NCBI RefSeq assembly: GCF_963921235.1
Contig: NC_086104.1
Coordinates: forward strand, 142,228,001-142,292,000
DNA from: Mobula hypostoma
Lineage: Eukaryota
Direction of reading: 5' to 3'
Length of the DNA: 64,000 bases
The translations under genes and the position numbers were made by a program. Shown here one piece after another: positions 47,621 through 60,566 of this stretch; the stretch's first letter is position 1, and every line of letters starts with the position of its first letter. The notes under the pieces were generated by a model. The model saw only the letters and a program-made list of their open reading frames with translations, ran no database searches and was not told the origin of the DNA.

Positions 47621-49669
47621 TTATTGCTTCAGAATTGTAGGCATTCCCAACCTGGATCCATGGACCATTTGTTTAATTGTAAGAGACCGTAGCATAAAAA
47701 AACAGATTGGATATCCCTGACTGAGAGGAATCTTGATGAATGTGAATTCAGCCTAGTACAGGCTGAAATGCTGGAACATGTCAACGCTAAAAAAGGGGGT
47801 GTACTGAAACTTCTGATTAAGTTTAGGACAGATAAGTCCCTGGGGCAGGCCGGAATAGACCCAGGTTATTATGAGCAGTGAGGGAAAAGATTGCTGTACT
47901 TTGGCGATATTTTTGCACCCTCACTCGCAACTGGAATAGTGCCAGGGAACTAGAGGTTGACAAATGTTATTCCTCTGTTGAGAAAGATAACAAGGATGAT
48001 CCTGAAAATTATACACCTGTAAGGTTTATGGGCAAACTAATGGAGACAATTCTTACAGAAAGGACTTCCAACCATTTGGAGAAGCATATTCTGATTAGAA
48101 ATCATCAACATAGATTTGTGAAGCAGCAGGTCGTGGTTCATGAACCTGATTGAATTATTTGAGCAAGTGACAAATCATATTGATGAAGGCAGAGCAGTGG
48201 GTGTGTTGTATATGGATTTTAGTAAGGCAATTGATAAGATAATCTATGGTAGGCTTATTCAGGAAGTCAGGAGGCATGGGATCCAGGTAAACTTAGCTGC
48301 ATGGATGCAGAGTTGGCTTGCACATAGAAAGCAGGAGCTACTACATGGAGCATATTTTGCCTGGAGGTTGGTGACCAGTGATGTTCTATATGAATCTGTT
48401 CTGGGACCCCTGTTCTTTGTGATTTTTATAAATTATTTGCATGAGGAAGTAGAAGGGCTAGTAAGTATGCAGATGACACAAAGTTTGGTTCTGTTGTCGA
48501 TAGCATAGGAAGTTGTTGAAGGTTACAACAGGACATTTGTAGGATGCAGTGCTGGGCTGAGAAGTGACAGATACAGTTCAATCAGGAAAAGTGTGAAACA
48601 ATTCACTTTGAAAGGTTGAATTTGAAGGCAAAATACAGGGTTAGTGGTAGGATTTTTAACAGTGTGGAAGAACTAGAGGATTTTTAGGTCTAAGTTCATA
48701 GATTCCCCCAAAGTTGAAGTACAAGTTGATAGGGTGGTTAAGTGTTTTGGTCATCATTAGTTGGGGGATTGAGTTCAAGAGCAATGAGGTAATGTTGCAG
48801 CTTCATAAAACTGTGGTTAGACCATTCTTGGAGTAATTTGCTCAGTTGTGGTCACCTCCTCAGAGGAACGATGTGGAAGCTTTTGAGAATATGCAGAAGA
48901 GTTTTACTGGACAAATACATGGATTAGAATGCATGATTCCTGAGGATAGGTTAAGCAAGCTAAGGCTTTTCACTGGAGAGAGAAGGAGGATGAGTGATGA
49001 CTTAAAAGAGGTGTACAAGATGATAAGAGGCATAGATCAAGTGGATAGCCAGAGATGTTTTCCTAGGTTGGAAGTGGCTCATACAAGAAGGCATAACTTC
49101 ATGGTGATTGGAGGAAAGTATAGATGGGGAATGTCAGAGGCAGATTTTGTCTTACACATAGAGTGATAGGTCACAGTGGTGTTAGTAGAGACAGATACAT
49201 CAGGGAAAAATGGACGGCTATGTGGGAGAGAAGGGTAAGATTGATTATGGAGTAGGTTAAAGAGTTGGCCGAGCATGTGGGCCAGAAAGCCTGTACTGTA
49301 TGATACTGTTCTGTGTTCTGTGCTCTGAGACACTATAATGAAAATGTAAGTTGTATTTGCAAAGAAGCAAAGAACCTTTAGAGAAACAGACAACTTACTT
49401 CCTCAATAAATAACATAGACACCAAGGTGAAAAAATTCACCTGCTGCACAGTGAGGAAATCAAGCAAGAAAGACTGACTCTTAATTAGAAGGAGACTGAT
49501 GGTTGCAGAGTCCAAGCAATTCAGAATCATTTTTCATCTGGTCTATATTGATAGGCTACTATATAATTTTGACTTCAAAACAATCTCAGGATATTTCAGG
49601 CATTTGCACTCTGATTTTTCTGCTGTTACGAGGAATGTAGGGACTGTGAGCAGCATGTCCACAAATTTT

Positions 49670-50030
49670 CTACACAATATAAAAGAGATTTTACAACCTC
49701 AGGAGGTTACAAACTTTCTTTACTGTGCTGATGTATTTTTTGAAGCCTCGTCACTGTTTGTGTGGGATAAGCAGCAGCCAACTTTGACACAGTGTGATCC
49801 CACCAATGCCAAAGTGATTTTGATGAGATAGCCTCCTGGAACTTAGCTTGGCTGAGGGAATGAGAATTTTTTTCCAACGCAGGAGGGAAAGCAGATCCTT
49901 GTTTTCCTTCAGCACCCTTGACCATAAAATGTTTACTCAGTTTTCCTTTGGGAAAACCAGCTAAGGTTACTAATGGGGAATTGAACCTACCAACTTCGAA
50001 CTCAAAGGCAAAGGCGCTGTTTAATGCGTT
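49670..50030 (-). mobile_element. Deu-domain SINE remnant
   Basis: TTTTGAAGCCTCGTCACTGTT..GCAGCCAACTTTGACACAG..TCCCAC is antisense to the tail at 43105-43255; TTGAACCTACCAACTTCGAACTCA resembles the B-box head. Confidence 0.55.
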
Positions 50031-51997
50031 AAGACAAATATCTTGATTTGCCTCAGTGCCACACACCCTGTGTGTATTGCACAGGCTTTAGATTCAATCT
50101 GATGTTGAACCGCTTCCCTCCACTTATTTTGTGACTGTTGCACATCCCCTTAGCAGCTAGTAGTGGAAAATCAAAATTGTGATCATTTGAAAATGTCAAA
50201 TATGCTTCATTTATCAGCAGAATGCCCTGGTAACCACAGCAACAGCTTGGAGTCCTTCGCGCCCTCCCTTAAGGACTCAACATGGTGCCTTTAAACACTA
50301 AAGTGCAACTGGCTCCTGGGGTATAATTGCAGGAAGACAAGTGGAAAGAATGTCAATAATTTTCCAAACCCCTCCCTCCCAACCACCCCCCACCCCCGAC
50401 ACCAAGGTTAGGTGGGATGTGCAAACCAGCAAGTGGCTTGGTGCTAGGTGACAAAACACAGCATGTACTTTGATAAGTGTGGATGGTTTTAAAGCAGAAA
50501 CCTTTGAGTAAAACAGTATGAAGCAAGCATCTTAAATGCTATCCTGCTAGGCAGGAGCAACAAAAAGTTGTTGCCACTAGATTCCTTTTTAATTTAGCAT
50601 TCAGAGGGAAAGGTACTGTGGAGGTTAATCATATGAGAAGCCTTTAGATGATTCTTTTTGCATTGCCATACAAGCGAGTGCTATCTTCAAAATGTTCAAA
50701 TTGGCTTTAAATGGGCAGTTCAGCCCAATGTATAATAAAGGACAAATGTTTCAAATACGGATCTGTGGCCGACTAGAACAAAACCTCTGAGGATTTGAAT
50801 GCAGCATTCATCAACATTCAAACATCATTATTATTCTGGATGCTTTGTTGCAGCATGTGCAATTCACTAGAATTTCTTCCCAAAACCTCTCTTTTTTTTG
50901 AGGAGCAGAGGGGTTGGTTTAACACAGACACCACACAAAAAGACAAAATCCATTTTAGATGAACAACTCTCCTTTCTCCCACAAAATGCTTCGCAAAACC
51001 TTCCCTGCAGGCCAATTCAACTTTGATGGCTCATTTTCAAAATTTGATGGTGAGCCTTGTGGGCACTTCTGAGCCATTTCCCAACATAAACATCAGATCG
51101 CCAGAAACAGAAAGTTGCGTTCTAAATTCCCTCTGAATGTTATTTGCTAACTGTGGTGACCCAAACCAAGCGATGTAACTCTTGTCTATCGGAACTCAAT
51201 GAACCCCAGTGTCTGGTTGTCTCTGTCATTATTTCTGGTGGGAAGCGTAAATGGTACTCATATTGACTTATTCTTGTCACATGTACTGAAAAGTACCCTG
51301 GGATTTTGGAGAAAGGGTTTTGGCATGAAGCGTATTTACTTTTAATCACAACACTGTACACTTGGTTCTCTGTTAGAGGTTCATCACAATCACAGCAATG
51401 GAAAATACTTGGAAGTTGCATTAAACAATATAGTAAACTTTCATTTTCTTTTGTACTCAAATATAGCTCCTCCTAAGATTTAACGCTAATCATATTGCAC
51501 CCAACAATATAACACTCTGAATGAATTTCCCAATGGGCATTCCCCTCATGAGTCATCTTGTGTTGAAGAGAATGACTAATTAAGGGATGTTGAGTACAAA
51601 TTGGGGATGATCTGCACCAAAACACTGGAAAATGTAAACCCATGCTTACTATAAATGGTCAGAGATTCTTAATCCTAACAATATCTTGGACAAAAGACCC
51701 AACAGGATGTAATATACAGTATTGGATCCCAAATACTTAGAGGGTGTAATACTGGAGTTTCTCTTTGGGAACGAGACAAGGAAAGTAACTGAAGAGGCCA
51801 TATTCAGTTATGAGTGACCATATTCTATTAGTTTTAAGATAGTGTTGGAAAACTATAAGACAGGTACAGAGGTTAGGGTGTTCAACTAGAGCCGTGCTAA
51901 TTTTGTGGGAATTAAACCGGATCTAGCAGAGATTAATTGGGTGAGCCTGTTTGAAGGAAAAGGAATGAATGGCAAATAGGAGGCTTTTAAGCTGTTA

Positions 51998-52389
51998 GTG
52001 TTACTGCCCGTTATAGCACTGATGTTTAGGGTAGCAATGAAGGTCCTCTATCTCTGGTGGCGTTCAGTAGCTTCCGCTCAGTTCTGTCAGTCATGCAAAT
52101 CCCAGGTGGAGACTCAGTAGTACAGTCTGCTCGGATGTGGAAGGATTCTTCATTGCTGTTTCCGTAACAATTTTGTTTTACCAATCAGGGTTGTTAGCCC
52201 TGAGCTGAACTCCGGAACGAGGAGGACCGGTCGACCACTCTTAGTCTGGGCTCTACCCTTTGACCTTTTTGGCAAGGGTGACCATACCAAGAGCCAAAGC
52301 ATAAAGCCCTGATTCAAGCAACATAGCTCTTCAGGTCAATGAGGCACACAAGCCTCCAAACCACAACAAGGTTGTGATCCTCGTGGAGG
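51998..52389 (-). mobile_element. Bipartite non-autonomous RTE derivative with 12-bp TSD
   Basis: TTTAAGCTGTTA at 51986-51997 and 52390-52401; RTE 5' UTR fused to RTE 3' end. Confidence 0.9.
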
Positions 52390-53866
52390 TTTAAGCTGTT
52401 ATGGCAAAAGGAAAATCTGGCACGTTTAGAGATCAACAGCTTATGAGTGAAATTGAGGCTCCAGTGAAGAAAAAGAAGGAAGCGTCCATTGGGTTTAGGA
52501 CGTCACAGTCAAGTGAATCCCTTGATGACTATAAAATGATTAGCTATTTTCTTAAGAGGAAAATCAGGAGCGCAAAGTGAGGGCATTAAATGAATATGGT
52601 AGGTTTGATTAAGGAATATCCGGACATGTTCTAAAATTATATTAAGATTAAATACGTGGCTGGGGAGAGAGTAGGACTGTTGGAGATCACGGCACTGTCA
52701 AAGTCATGACCCCCCCCAAGGATTTTTAATGAATATTTCTCATCAGTGTTTACCGAGTGGAAAATCAAGGTTGCCCAAGAGATAAGAGAACCACATGGAG
52801 AGTTTTGGACGATATCGACACGGTCAGGGAAGAGGTATCTGCAGGCTTGCAGTACAGTAAAGTATGTAAAAGCCAGAGCCCAATCATGTATCCATGGAAT
52901 TTGTGGGAGGATAGAAACTGCAGAGACTCTTGTGGAGATATTTGTTCTATTGGTAGTCATTAATGAAATTTCCAAAGACTGAAAGGTGGCGAATAATGTT
53001 CTGCTGTTTAAAAAGGGTAGCAATGATAAGCTAGGGATCTACAGGCCATCTTGCTTGACATCAGTTGTGGTGAAGTAACTGGAGGGAATTCTGAGGGACA
53101 GGATCTACCTGCATTTGGATAGACAGTCTGATTAGGAAGAGTCAGTATGGCTTTATGTATGGGAAGTCATGCTTTGCAAACCTTTTGGAATTTTTTTGAA
53201 GAAGTAACCATAAATGTAGATGAGGACAGGGCAGTGGATGTTGCCTATTGGGACTTTAGCAAGGCCTTCAGCAAGGTTCCACATAGTAGGGTGATCTAGA
53301 AGATTAGGTCGCATGGAACCCAGGGAGAGCTAGCTGGGTAGAATCAAAATTGGCTCAGAGGTAGGAAGCAGAGGATGGTGGTTGAAGGTTGTTTTTTGGA
53401 ATGGAGGCTGATGACAAGTAATGTGCTGCAGAGACTGGTGTTAGGACCCCCTTTTTAATTCATTATTTACATGATTTAGCTGTGAGTGCAAAAGAAATGA
53501 TCAGTAAATTTTCAGATGACACAAAATTAGGAGGTTTTGTTGATAGCCAAGAAATTTATCGTAGGTTACAAAGGGACTTTGATGACTTGGGGAAGTGGGC
53601 TGAGAAGTGGCAAATAGATTTCACCACAGATAAGTGTGAGGTAATGCATTTTGTAAAGTCAAGCTAACATAGTACTTAGATGATAAATGGTAGGGTACTG
53701 AAGAATGTAGTGGAACAGTGAGACCCAAGTGTGTGAGTGCATTAAAAATAGATAGGATGATGAAACGGACATTTAGCACACTGGCCTTCAGGGCATTGAG
53801 TATTGGAGTTGGGACATTATGTGCCATGTATTGTTTTGGTCACCCTGAAAAAAAGAAATATATTGT

Positions 53867-55022
53867 TGTGATGGTATTGGGTTCACTATCTGCAAAGCCC
53901 TAAACTCAAAAGAGATGTTAAGCACTAATATAGATATCTATGGGTACCCTCACTATTGGGAGGTTCCACAAAATCAGCCTATTCTTCAAAGACTAGCTTC
54001 GTTCTCTGTCTAGTCTCTGGCAATGACTAGATGCTAATACCCACTATTGGAGCAATGGGTTCCCCCTCCCCACTAAGGAGGAGATACTTCTAGTTAATGA
54101 AGTAGTTTAAACACAATTTATTTGATTTTTAATGATATGCATTCAAATTTAGACAGGTTGTGCTTAACACACATTTAACACAGAGGATTTCTGATTTGTA
54201 AAATATGTCCAAATTTCAAAAGATTTATAAACTAGAAAGCATTTCCAAACACAGGTACAATTCTTATGAACAAGTTGCAGATGAACAAGTAGTCTATTAC
54301 AGAAACCGAAGGTTGAGGAATGAATTTAGTTCTTGTTTATGTCACCCTATCTTTCTGTCATTCTTCGCAATTCCCAATGTCTTCTAACATTTATACAGTT
54401 CTGCTACTGGTTGACATTGTTTTGCATGTAATGCTTCTCAGATACTTTTGCTGGGACAAAGTAATTCACACAGATGGTCTAAACGCTTCTGGGGACAAAG
54501 ATCCCAGGCACACAAAATTAATGCTGTGAAGGTTGACTTTCTGAGTACCCCAGCTATTGATTGATCACTTCTATAATCATCTTTGATATGTTAGTAACAA
54601 AATAAGTCTGGTCTGGAAACTTACTTGAACTAAATAACTTAGCCAGTGTTTCCTGGTTTGATGCAGGCCAATTCGCATAACCCATTGTCTGATGCAGATA
54701 ATAACATTTCATGGTCACATCACTTTGCAAACCATATCTCTTGGGCATACACTTCCCTCCTATGGACCAGTGGCCTATGTTTTGTAGACAGTGATGTTTG
54801 TTTGCAAAATTGTGCATCTAACCTCAGACTGATTATTGCTGACAATGTACATTAAGAAATGAAGACTGGTTCTTATTTAGAACATGAAGCTGAGCAAGGA
54901 TTATTAGTTAATAACATTGTCACTAACAACTTTGACCCTTTGGAAAGGTTATGCTTCTGTGCCAGAAAGTTGAGGTTAGCAATAAGTTTTTTTGGGGCTC
55001 TGGAAAGGGAACATCCACCACG
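53867..55022 (-). repeat. Solo LTR-like element (~1.15 kb), uninterrupted relative of 10926-14724
   Basis: Shared start TGTGATGGT(G/A)TTGGGTTC..GCCCTAAACTCAAAA, internal GCTGGGACAAAGTAA, and end GACCCTTTGGAA..CTGGAAAG. Confidence 0.75.
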
Positions 55023-55847
55023 TGATTAAATTGGAAAGTGTGCAGAAAAGATTTGAGGACTTGAGGGCAGGAGAGGTTGGCCTGGCTAGGTCTTTATTCC
55101 TTGAAATGCAGGAGAATGAAGGGCGACTTTATATAAATGTTTAAAACGATGACAGGCACAGATAAGGTGATTATTGCAGTCTTTTTCCCAGGGTAGGGGA
55201 AACCAAAATTGAGGAGCATTGATTTAGGGTGTGAGGAGAAATACTAAAAATGACTTGAGGTACAACTTTTTCCATTTAGAGGGCAATGAATTTATTAAAT
55301 GAACTGTCAGAAAAATGATTGAGGCAGGTATCATTTTCGAAGAATGGAGTTGAGGAACTTGGAATGATATGAGCTGAAAGTGTGAAATCTAGACTAACTG
55401 GATGGGCAGTGTATTCGGCATGGATTCCTTGCACTGAAGGGTCTGTATCTGTGTTGTATTGTCCTATGACTCTACGACTCTAAATGCAAAGAAAGCCTAT
55501 TATTTTTCTCAAGTGTCTGTCAATCACAGAACCCAAAGGCATTACTTGAAAAAATTTAACATCTAACATAGCCCCACTATCTACATCCAGAAAGGTCTCA
55601 ATGATTATATCTTCCACCAAATGGAAGCAACCCAGTAAAATGACCTGAATGCATATGTAAGATGCAAGGTCCTAGAGAACCACCACTTGTACAAATTGGA
55701 AGGTGCAACCAGAACACCTACCAGCATCTTTTCAGTTTTGTTCAGCTATATTCCAACGTTGTCCTCAAGACTGTTTCCATGTATAATCTTTAGGACTGTT
55801 GGCTTCATATATCCTCTCAACTTTTGCAATCGCCAAATAAAGGGCCA

Positions 55848-56365
55848 TGCACTCAGTGGCCACAAGAGTGGTCTTCTGCTGCTGTACGCCATATACTTCA
55901 TGGCTTGACTTGCTATGCAGTCAGGATGCTCTTCTGCACACCACCGCTGTAACGTGCATTCCTGTCAGCCTGAACCAGTCTGGCCATTCTCATCTGACCT
56001 CTCTCATTAACAAGGCATTTTCACCCACAGAGCTGCCACTCACTGGATGTTCTTTTGTTTTTCAGACCATTCTCTGTAAACTCCAAGAGACTCTTGTGCA
56101 TGAAAATCCCAGGAAAGCAGCATTTTCTGGGATACTCAAACCAGCCTGTCTGGCACCAACAATCATTCCATGGTCAAAGTCATTTAGATCACATTTTTTC
56201 ACCATTCTGATGTTTGGTCTGATTGGTCTGAACAGCAATGGAACCTCTTGACCATGCCTGCAGTCGTTGAATTACTGCCACATGATTGGCTGATTACATA
56301 TTTGCATTAATGAGCAGGTGTGCAGGTGTACAGATGTACCTAACAAAGTTGCCCACTGACAGTAC
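55848..56365 (-). mobile_element. Tc1-like derivative with both termini
   Basis: CACTCAGTGGCCAC at the left, TACCTAACAAAGTTGCCCACTGA at the right; same body as 26010-26563. Confidence 0.85.
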
Positions 56366-56419
56366 ATTGGTCTGTACCATTAGCGTTCTTTTTTTGCTGT
56401 TCCAGCAAGGGATGCAATC

Positions 56420-56770
56420 ATTTCCGATTTAGGAAATCATTTCTTACCCATTTTTAATTGCCATTGAACACAAGGCTTTATGCACGGTTTCAAAGATCAG
56501 TAAAAAATGTAGCACTGTGCTGTTGATTTGGAATCACATTAAGGCCAAGCTAGTTAAGGGCAGCAATGTCCTTGGGGGAGACTATGAACCAAATGAGCTT
56601 TTGATATCAGTATGATTGCTACATGGTCACCAGCAGCAGTGCAAGCCTTTTGTTCAATTCATTAAATAAATCTAAATTTGCCAGCTGCTGGGGAGAGATT
56701 TGAAATCATGCCTCTAGATCAATAATACAGGCATCTGGATTATTAGTGTACAATTTAGTTACTATGTATT
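56420..56770 (-). mobile_element. Ancient SINE (same family as the 8560-10925 fragments)
   Basis: CCAGCTGCTGGGGAGAGATTTGAAATC..CTGGATTATTAG head complement; CCCATTTTTAATTGCC tail complement. Confidence 0.5.
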
Positions 56771-59529
56771 CACAGGGCCAGTGAATAATTCAGTTTGAGA
56801 CTTCAGAAAGATGCAGAGAAAATGTTCCAATGCCGAAGGCCTCGTGGTGTTAAACTAAGACCCTCTTTCCTTGCTTAGGAAGATTATTAGCTTGTTATCA
56901 GAGCACCATTCCTTGAGGCACAGCACCTCAACTTGTCAAACCTTTATACCCTCTCTGGTCTTTTTTCTATCTGCTTCTCAGTTCTGAGGACTCTTGTAAC
57001 ATGGTTGCAGGTTCACAGGTTTGGTGAGTGAGAGAGAAACCACTGACTATGAATAAGCTTATGAATATTCACTGACTACGAATAAGTATTATTTACAAAT
57101 AGTAAAAAATTCAACCAAACACTTATGTTCCCCCACAGAACTAAATATTGAACAAACAGATAGTTAGTTAAAAGTGTTCGTGGAGCATACCTTCCCGATG
57201 GTTCTGTGAGACATGCCCAGGGTACTATAGGAGGGAGAGCAAGCCTCTCTCACATGTTATTCTAGTACCCAAAGTGTTGCACAAACCAACCAATAGGAAG
57301 AGCAGCTACAGTTTTTAAACTAACCAATCAATGATTTACATGGCAGAAGCAGTTTTCAACTGGTAAATAAGCCATAGCCCCTTGCTATGCAACGCTGCTC
57401 TGCTCCTTGTGATTTTTATGAATGACTGGGATGAGGAAGTGGAAGGGTGGGTTAGTAAGTTTGCTGATGACACGAAGGTCGAAGGTCATCGTAGGTTTAC
57501 AGCAGGACATTGACAGGATGCAGAGCTGGGCTGAGAAGCAGCAGATGGAGTTCAATCTGGAAAAGTTTGAAGTAATTCACTTCGGAAGGTCATGTTTGAA
57601 GGCAGAATACAGGTTAGCGGCAGGATTCTTACCAGCATGGTGGAACAGAGGGATCTTGGGTTCTGTGTACATGGGTCCCTCATAGTCGCCACACAAGTTG
57701 ATAGGATTGTTAAGAAGGTGTATGGTATGTTGGCCTTCAGTGGTCGGGGATTCAGTTCAAGGGCTGCAAGATCATGTTGCAGCTCTACAAAAGCTTGGTT
57801 AGACCTAGTATTGTATTGTGTTCTGTTCTGTTCTTGGAGTTTGTGTTCTGTTCTGGTTGCCTCATGAGAGGAAAGATGTAGAAGCCTTAGAGAGGGTGCA
57901 GAAAAGATATACCAGAACACCAGAAGACCATATGACATAGAAGCAGAATTAGCCCATTGAGGGTGAACCATGGCTGATTTATAATCTCTCTCAACCCCAT
58001 TCTCATGCCTTCTTCCCACAACTTCTGATGCCCTGACCAATCAAAAACCTATCAATTTCCACTTTAAATATACTCAATAAACTGACCTCTGTAGCCGCCT
58101 GTGTCAATGAATTCATCATCCTCTGGCTAACAGAATTCCTCATCATCTGTTCCAAATGGATGTTTCTCTATTCTGAGGCTGTGCCCTGTGGTTCTAGACT
58201 CTTTCACTAGAGGAAATATCCTCTCTACATCCATTTTGTTTAGGTAGTTCAATATTTGATAGGTTTCAATGAGATCCCACCTCATTCTTTTAAACTCCAG
58301 TGATTACAGATGCAAACGCTACTCATACATTAATCATTTCATTCCCTGGAACTTTCAACGCCACCACATCTTTTCTTAGATAAGAAGCCCAAAATTGCTC
58401 ACAATATTCCAAGTGCGGTCTGACAAATGCCTTATAAATCTTCAGCATTACATTCTTGTTCTTATATTCTAATCCTCTCGAAATGAATGCTAACATTGCA
58501 CTTGCTTTCCTTACCACCGACTCAACCTACAAGTTAACCTTTAGGGAATCCTACACAAGGACTCCCAAATCACCTTGCACCTCAGATTTTTGAATTTTCT
58601 TCCCATTTAGGAAATAGTGAATGCGATTATTCCTTCTACCAAAGTGCATGACCACACACTTCCCTACACTGTATTCAATCTGCTACATCTTTGCTCATTC
58701 TCCCAATCTGCCTGTCCTTCTGCAGATTTCCTGCATCCTCAACACTATCTGCCCTTCCATCTATCATGGTATCATCTGCAAACTTGACAACAAAGCCATT
58801 AATTCCATCATCAAAATCATTGTCATATAAAGCAAACATAAGTAGTCCCAATATCAGCCCCTGCAGAACACCACGAATCACAAGCACCCAACAAGGACAG
58901 GCCTCTTTATTCCAACTCCTTGCCTCCTGCCAATCAGCCAAACTTCTATCCATGCTAGTATCTTTCCTGTAATACCATGGGTTCTTATCTTGTTAAGGAG
59001 CTCATGTGAGGAACCTTGTCAAAGGTCTTCTGAGAATCCAAGTCAACAACATCCACTGACTCTCCTTTGTCTATCCTGCCTGTTATTTCCTCAAAGAATT
59101 CCAACCGATCTGACAGTTAAGATTTCCCGTTCAGGAAACCATCCCGACTTTGGCCTATTTTATCATGTAGCTCCAAGTACTCTGAAAGCTCATCCCTAGT
59201 AATGGACTCCAATATCTTTCCAACCACTGAAATCAGGCTGACTGGCCCTGATTGCCTCCTTTCCAAAGAGTGGAATAACATCTGGAATTTTCCAGTCCTC
59301 TGGAATCATTCCAGACTCTAATGAATCTTGAAAGATCATTACTAATGCCTCCAACAATATCTTCAGCTACCTCTTTCAGAACACTGGGATGCAGTCCATC
59401 TGGTACTGGTGACTTACCTACCTTCAGACCTTTCAGCTTCCCAAGCACCTTCTCTTTGGACTCTTAAATTTCTGGTAACTGCTAGTGTCTTACACAGTAA
59501 AGACTGGCGCAGAATACTTAACATGTTTC

Positions 59530-59780
59530 ACAAAGACCTGAAAATCTGCGGGTGCTGGAAATCCAAGCAACAGAAAAAAAAATGTTGGAGGAACTCAGCA
59601 GGCCTCGCAGCATCTATGGAAAAGAGTAAACAGTCGACGTTTTGGGTTGAGACCCATCATCACGGCCGGAAAAAAGAGAAGAGCAAAAAGATGGAAGGAG
59701 GGGAGGGAGGAGTACAAGGTGATAGGTGATAGGTTAAACCAGTAGAAGGGGAGGGATGAAGTCAAGAGCTGGAAAGTTGA
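59530..59780 (-). mobile_element. Penelope-derived element with degenerate hammerhead
   Basis: GUGAUGAUGGGUCUCAACCCAAAACGUCGACUG on the minus strand; purine-rich flank as at 42605-42880. Confidence 0.75.
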
Positions 59781-59965
59781 ACTATCCCCAGAAATTCCAG
59801 CCTTTGCTGTTCTGCCATCATCCTTGCTAGTGTCCCCTTGCAATTAGCATTGGCCAGCTCCTCTCTCATGCCTCTGTAAGTCCTTTTACTCCACTGTAAT
59901 GCTGATACATCTTGCTTTATCTTCTCCCTATCAGACTACACAGTGAATTCTATCGTATTAGAATT

Positions 59966-60135
59966 CACACAAAATGCTGGAGGAACTCAGCAGGCCAGGC
60001 AGCATCTATGGAAAAGAGTACAGTCGATGTTTCGGGCCGAGACCCTTCTGCAGGACTGCCTGGCTTGCTGAGTTCCTCCAGTATTTTGTGCGTGTTGCTT
60101 GGATTTCCAGCATCTGCAGATTTTCTCTTGTTTGT
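59966..60135. mobile_element. Penelope-derived fold-back element; hammerhead variant at 60021-60058 (minus)
   Basis: Inverted arms CACAAAATGCTGGAGGAACTCAGCAGGCCAGGCAG / CTGCCTGGCTTGCTGAGTTCCTCCAGTATTTTGTG; core reads CUGCAGA..GAAA. Confidence 0.8.
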
Positions 60136-60251
60136 ATATTATGATCACTGCCTCTTAAAGGTTCCTTTACAACACCCAATCCAGAATTGCCTTTCCCCTG
60201 GTGGACTCAACCACAAGCAACTCTAAAAAGTCATCTCGTAGGCATTCCACT

Positions 60252-60566
60252 ATGTGGGCACGTGGCCAAGTGGTTAAGGCATTGGACTAGCGACCTGAAG
60301 GTCGTGAGTTCTAGCCCTAGCCAAGGGATCGTGTTGTGTCCTTGAGCAAGGCACTTAATCACACATTGCTCTGCGACGACACTGGTGCCAAGCTGTATGG
60401 GTCCTAATGGCCTTCCCTTGGACAACATTGGTGTTGTGGAGAGAGGAGTCTTGCAGCATGGGCAACTGCTGGTCTTCCATACAACCTTGCCCAGGCCTGC
60501 GCCCTGGAGAGTAAAGACTTTCCAGGCACAGATGCATGGTCTTGCAAGACTAACGGATGCCTTTTT
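60252..60566 (+). mobile_element. tRNA-derived SINE with CORE-like body, 13-bp TSD
   Basis: A box TGGCCAAGTGG, B-like GAGTTCTAGCC, TGTGTCCTTGAGCAAGGCACTTAA; TSD TAGGCATTC(C/T)ACT at 60239-60251 and 60567-60579. Confidence 0.85.

Larger units (their letters stand above)
43400..49328 (+). mobile_element. Near full-length decayed CR1 (5' UTR, ORF1, ORF2) with four nested insertions
   Basis: MWE...YTCKKCIQLQHL.DHVREL (ORF1), WLKNWY..Q.FRF..WDL, FNARSI, MDFSKAIDK, SVLGPLFFVIFIN, GTTCTGT tail; many stops. Confidence 0.9.
51490..55480 (+). mobile_element. Decayed CR1 ORF2 with nested RTE derivative and solo LTR
   Basis: LFGNET, LFKKGS, DFSKAF, ISKFSDDTKLGG, WQIDFTTDKCEVMHF; GACTCTAC tail near 55470. 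Confidence 0.88.

Noticed and set aside
50049-50090. miR-92/25-family microRNA because of TATTGCAC in a hairpin
   Set aside because: Only the seed matches; the downstream sequence differs from the mature miRNA and the stem is too short for a pre-miRNA.
56996-57392. Another solo LTR
   Set aside because: It has a TGT start and CCAAT-like boxes, but the 3' end and TSD are unclear and there is no second copy; too weak to call.
60252-60330. tRNA gene
   Set aside because: A/B boxes run into a SINE body flanked by a TSD; no acceptor stem is apparent.
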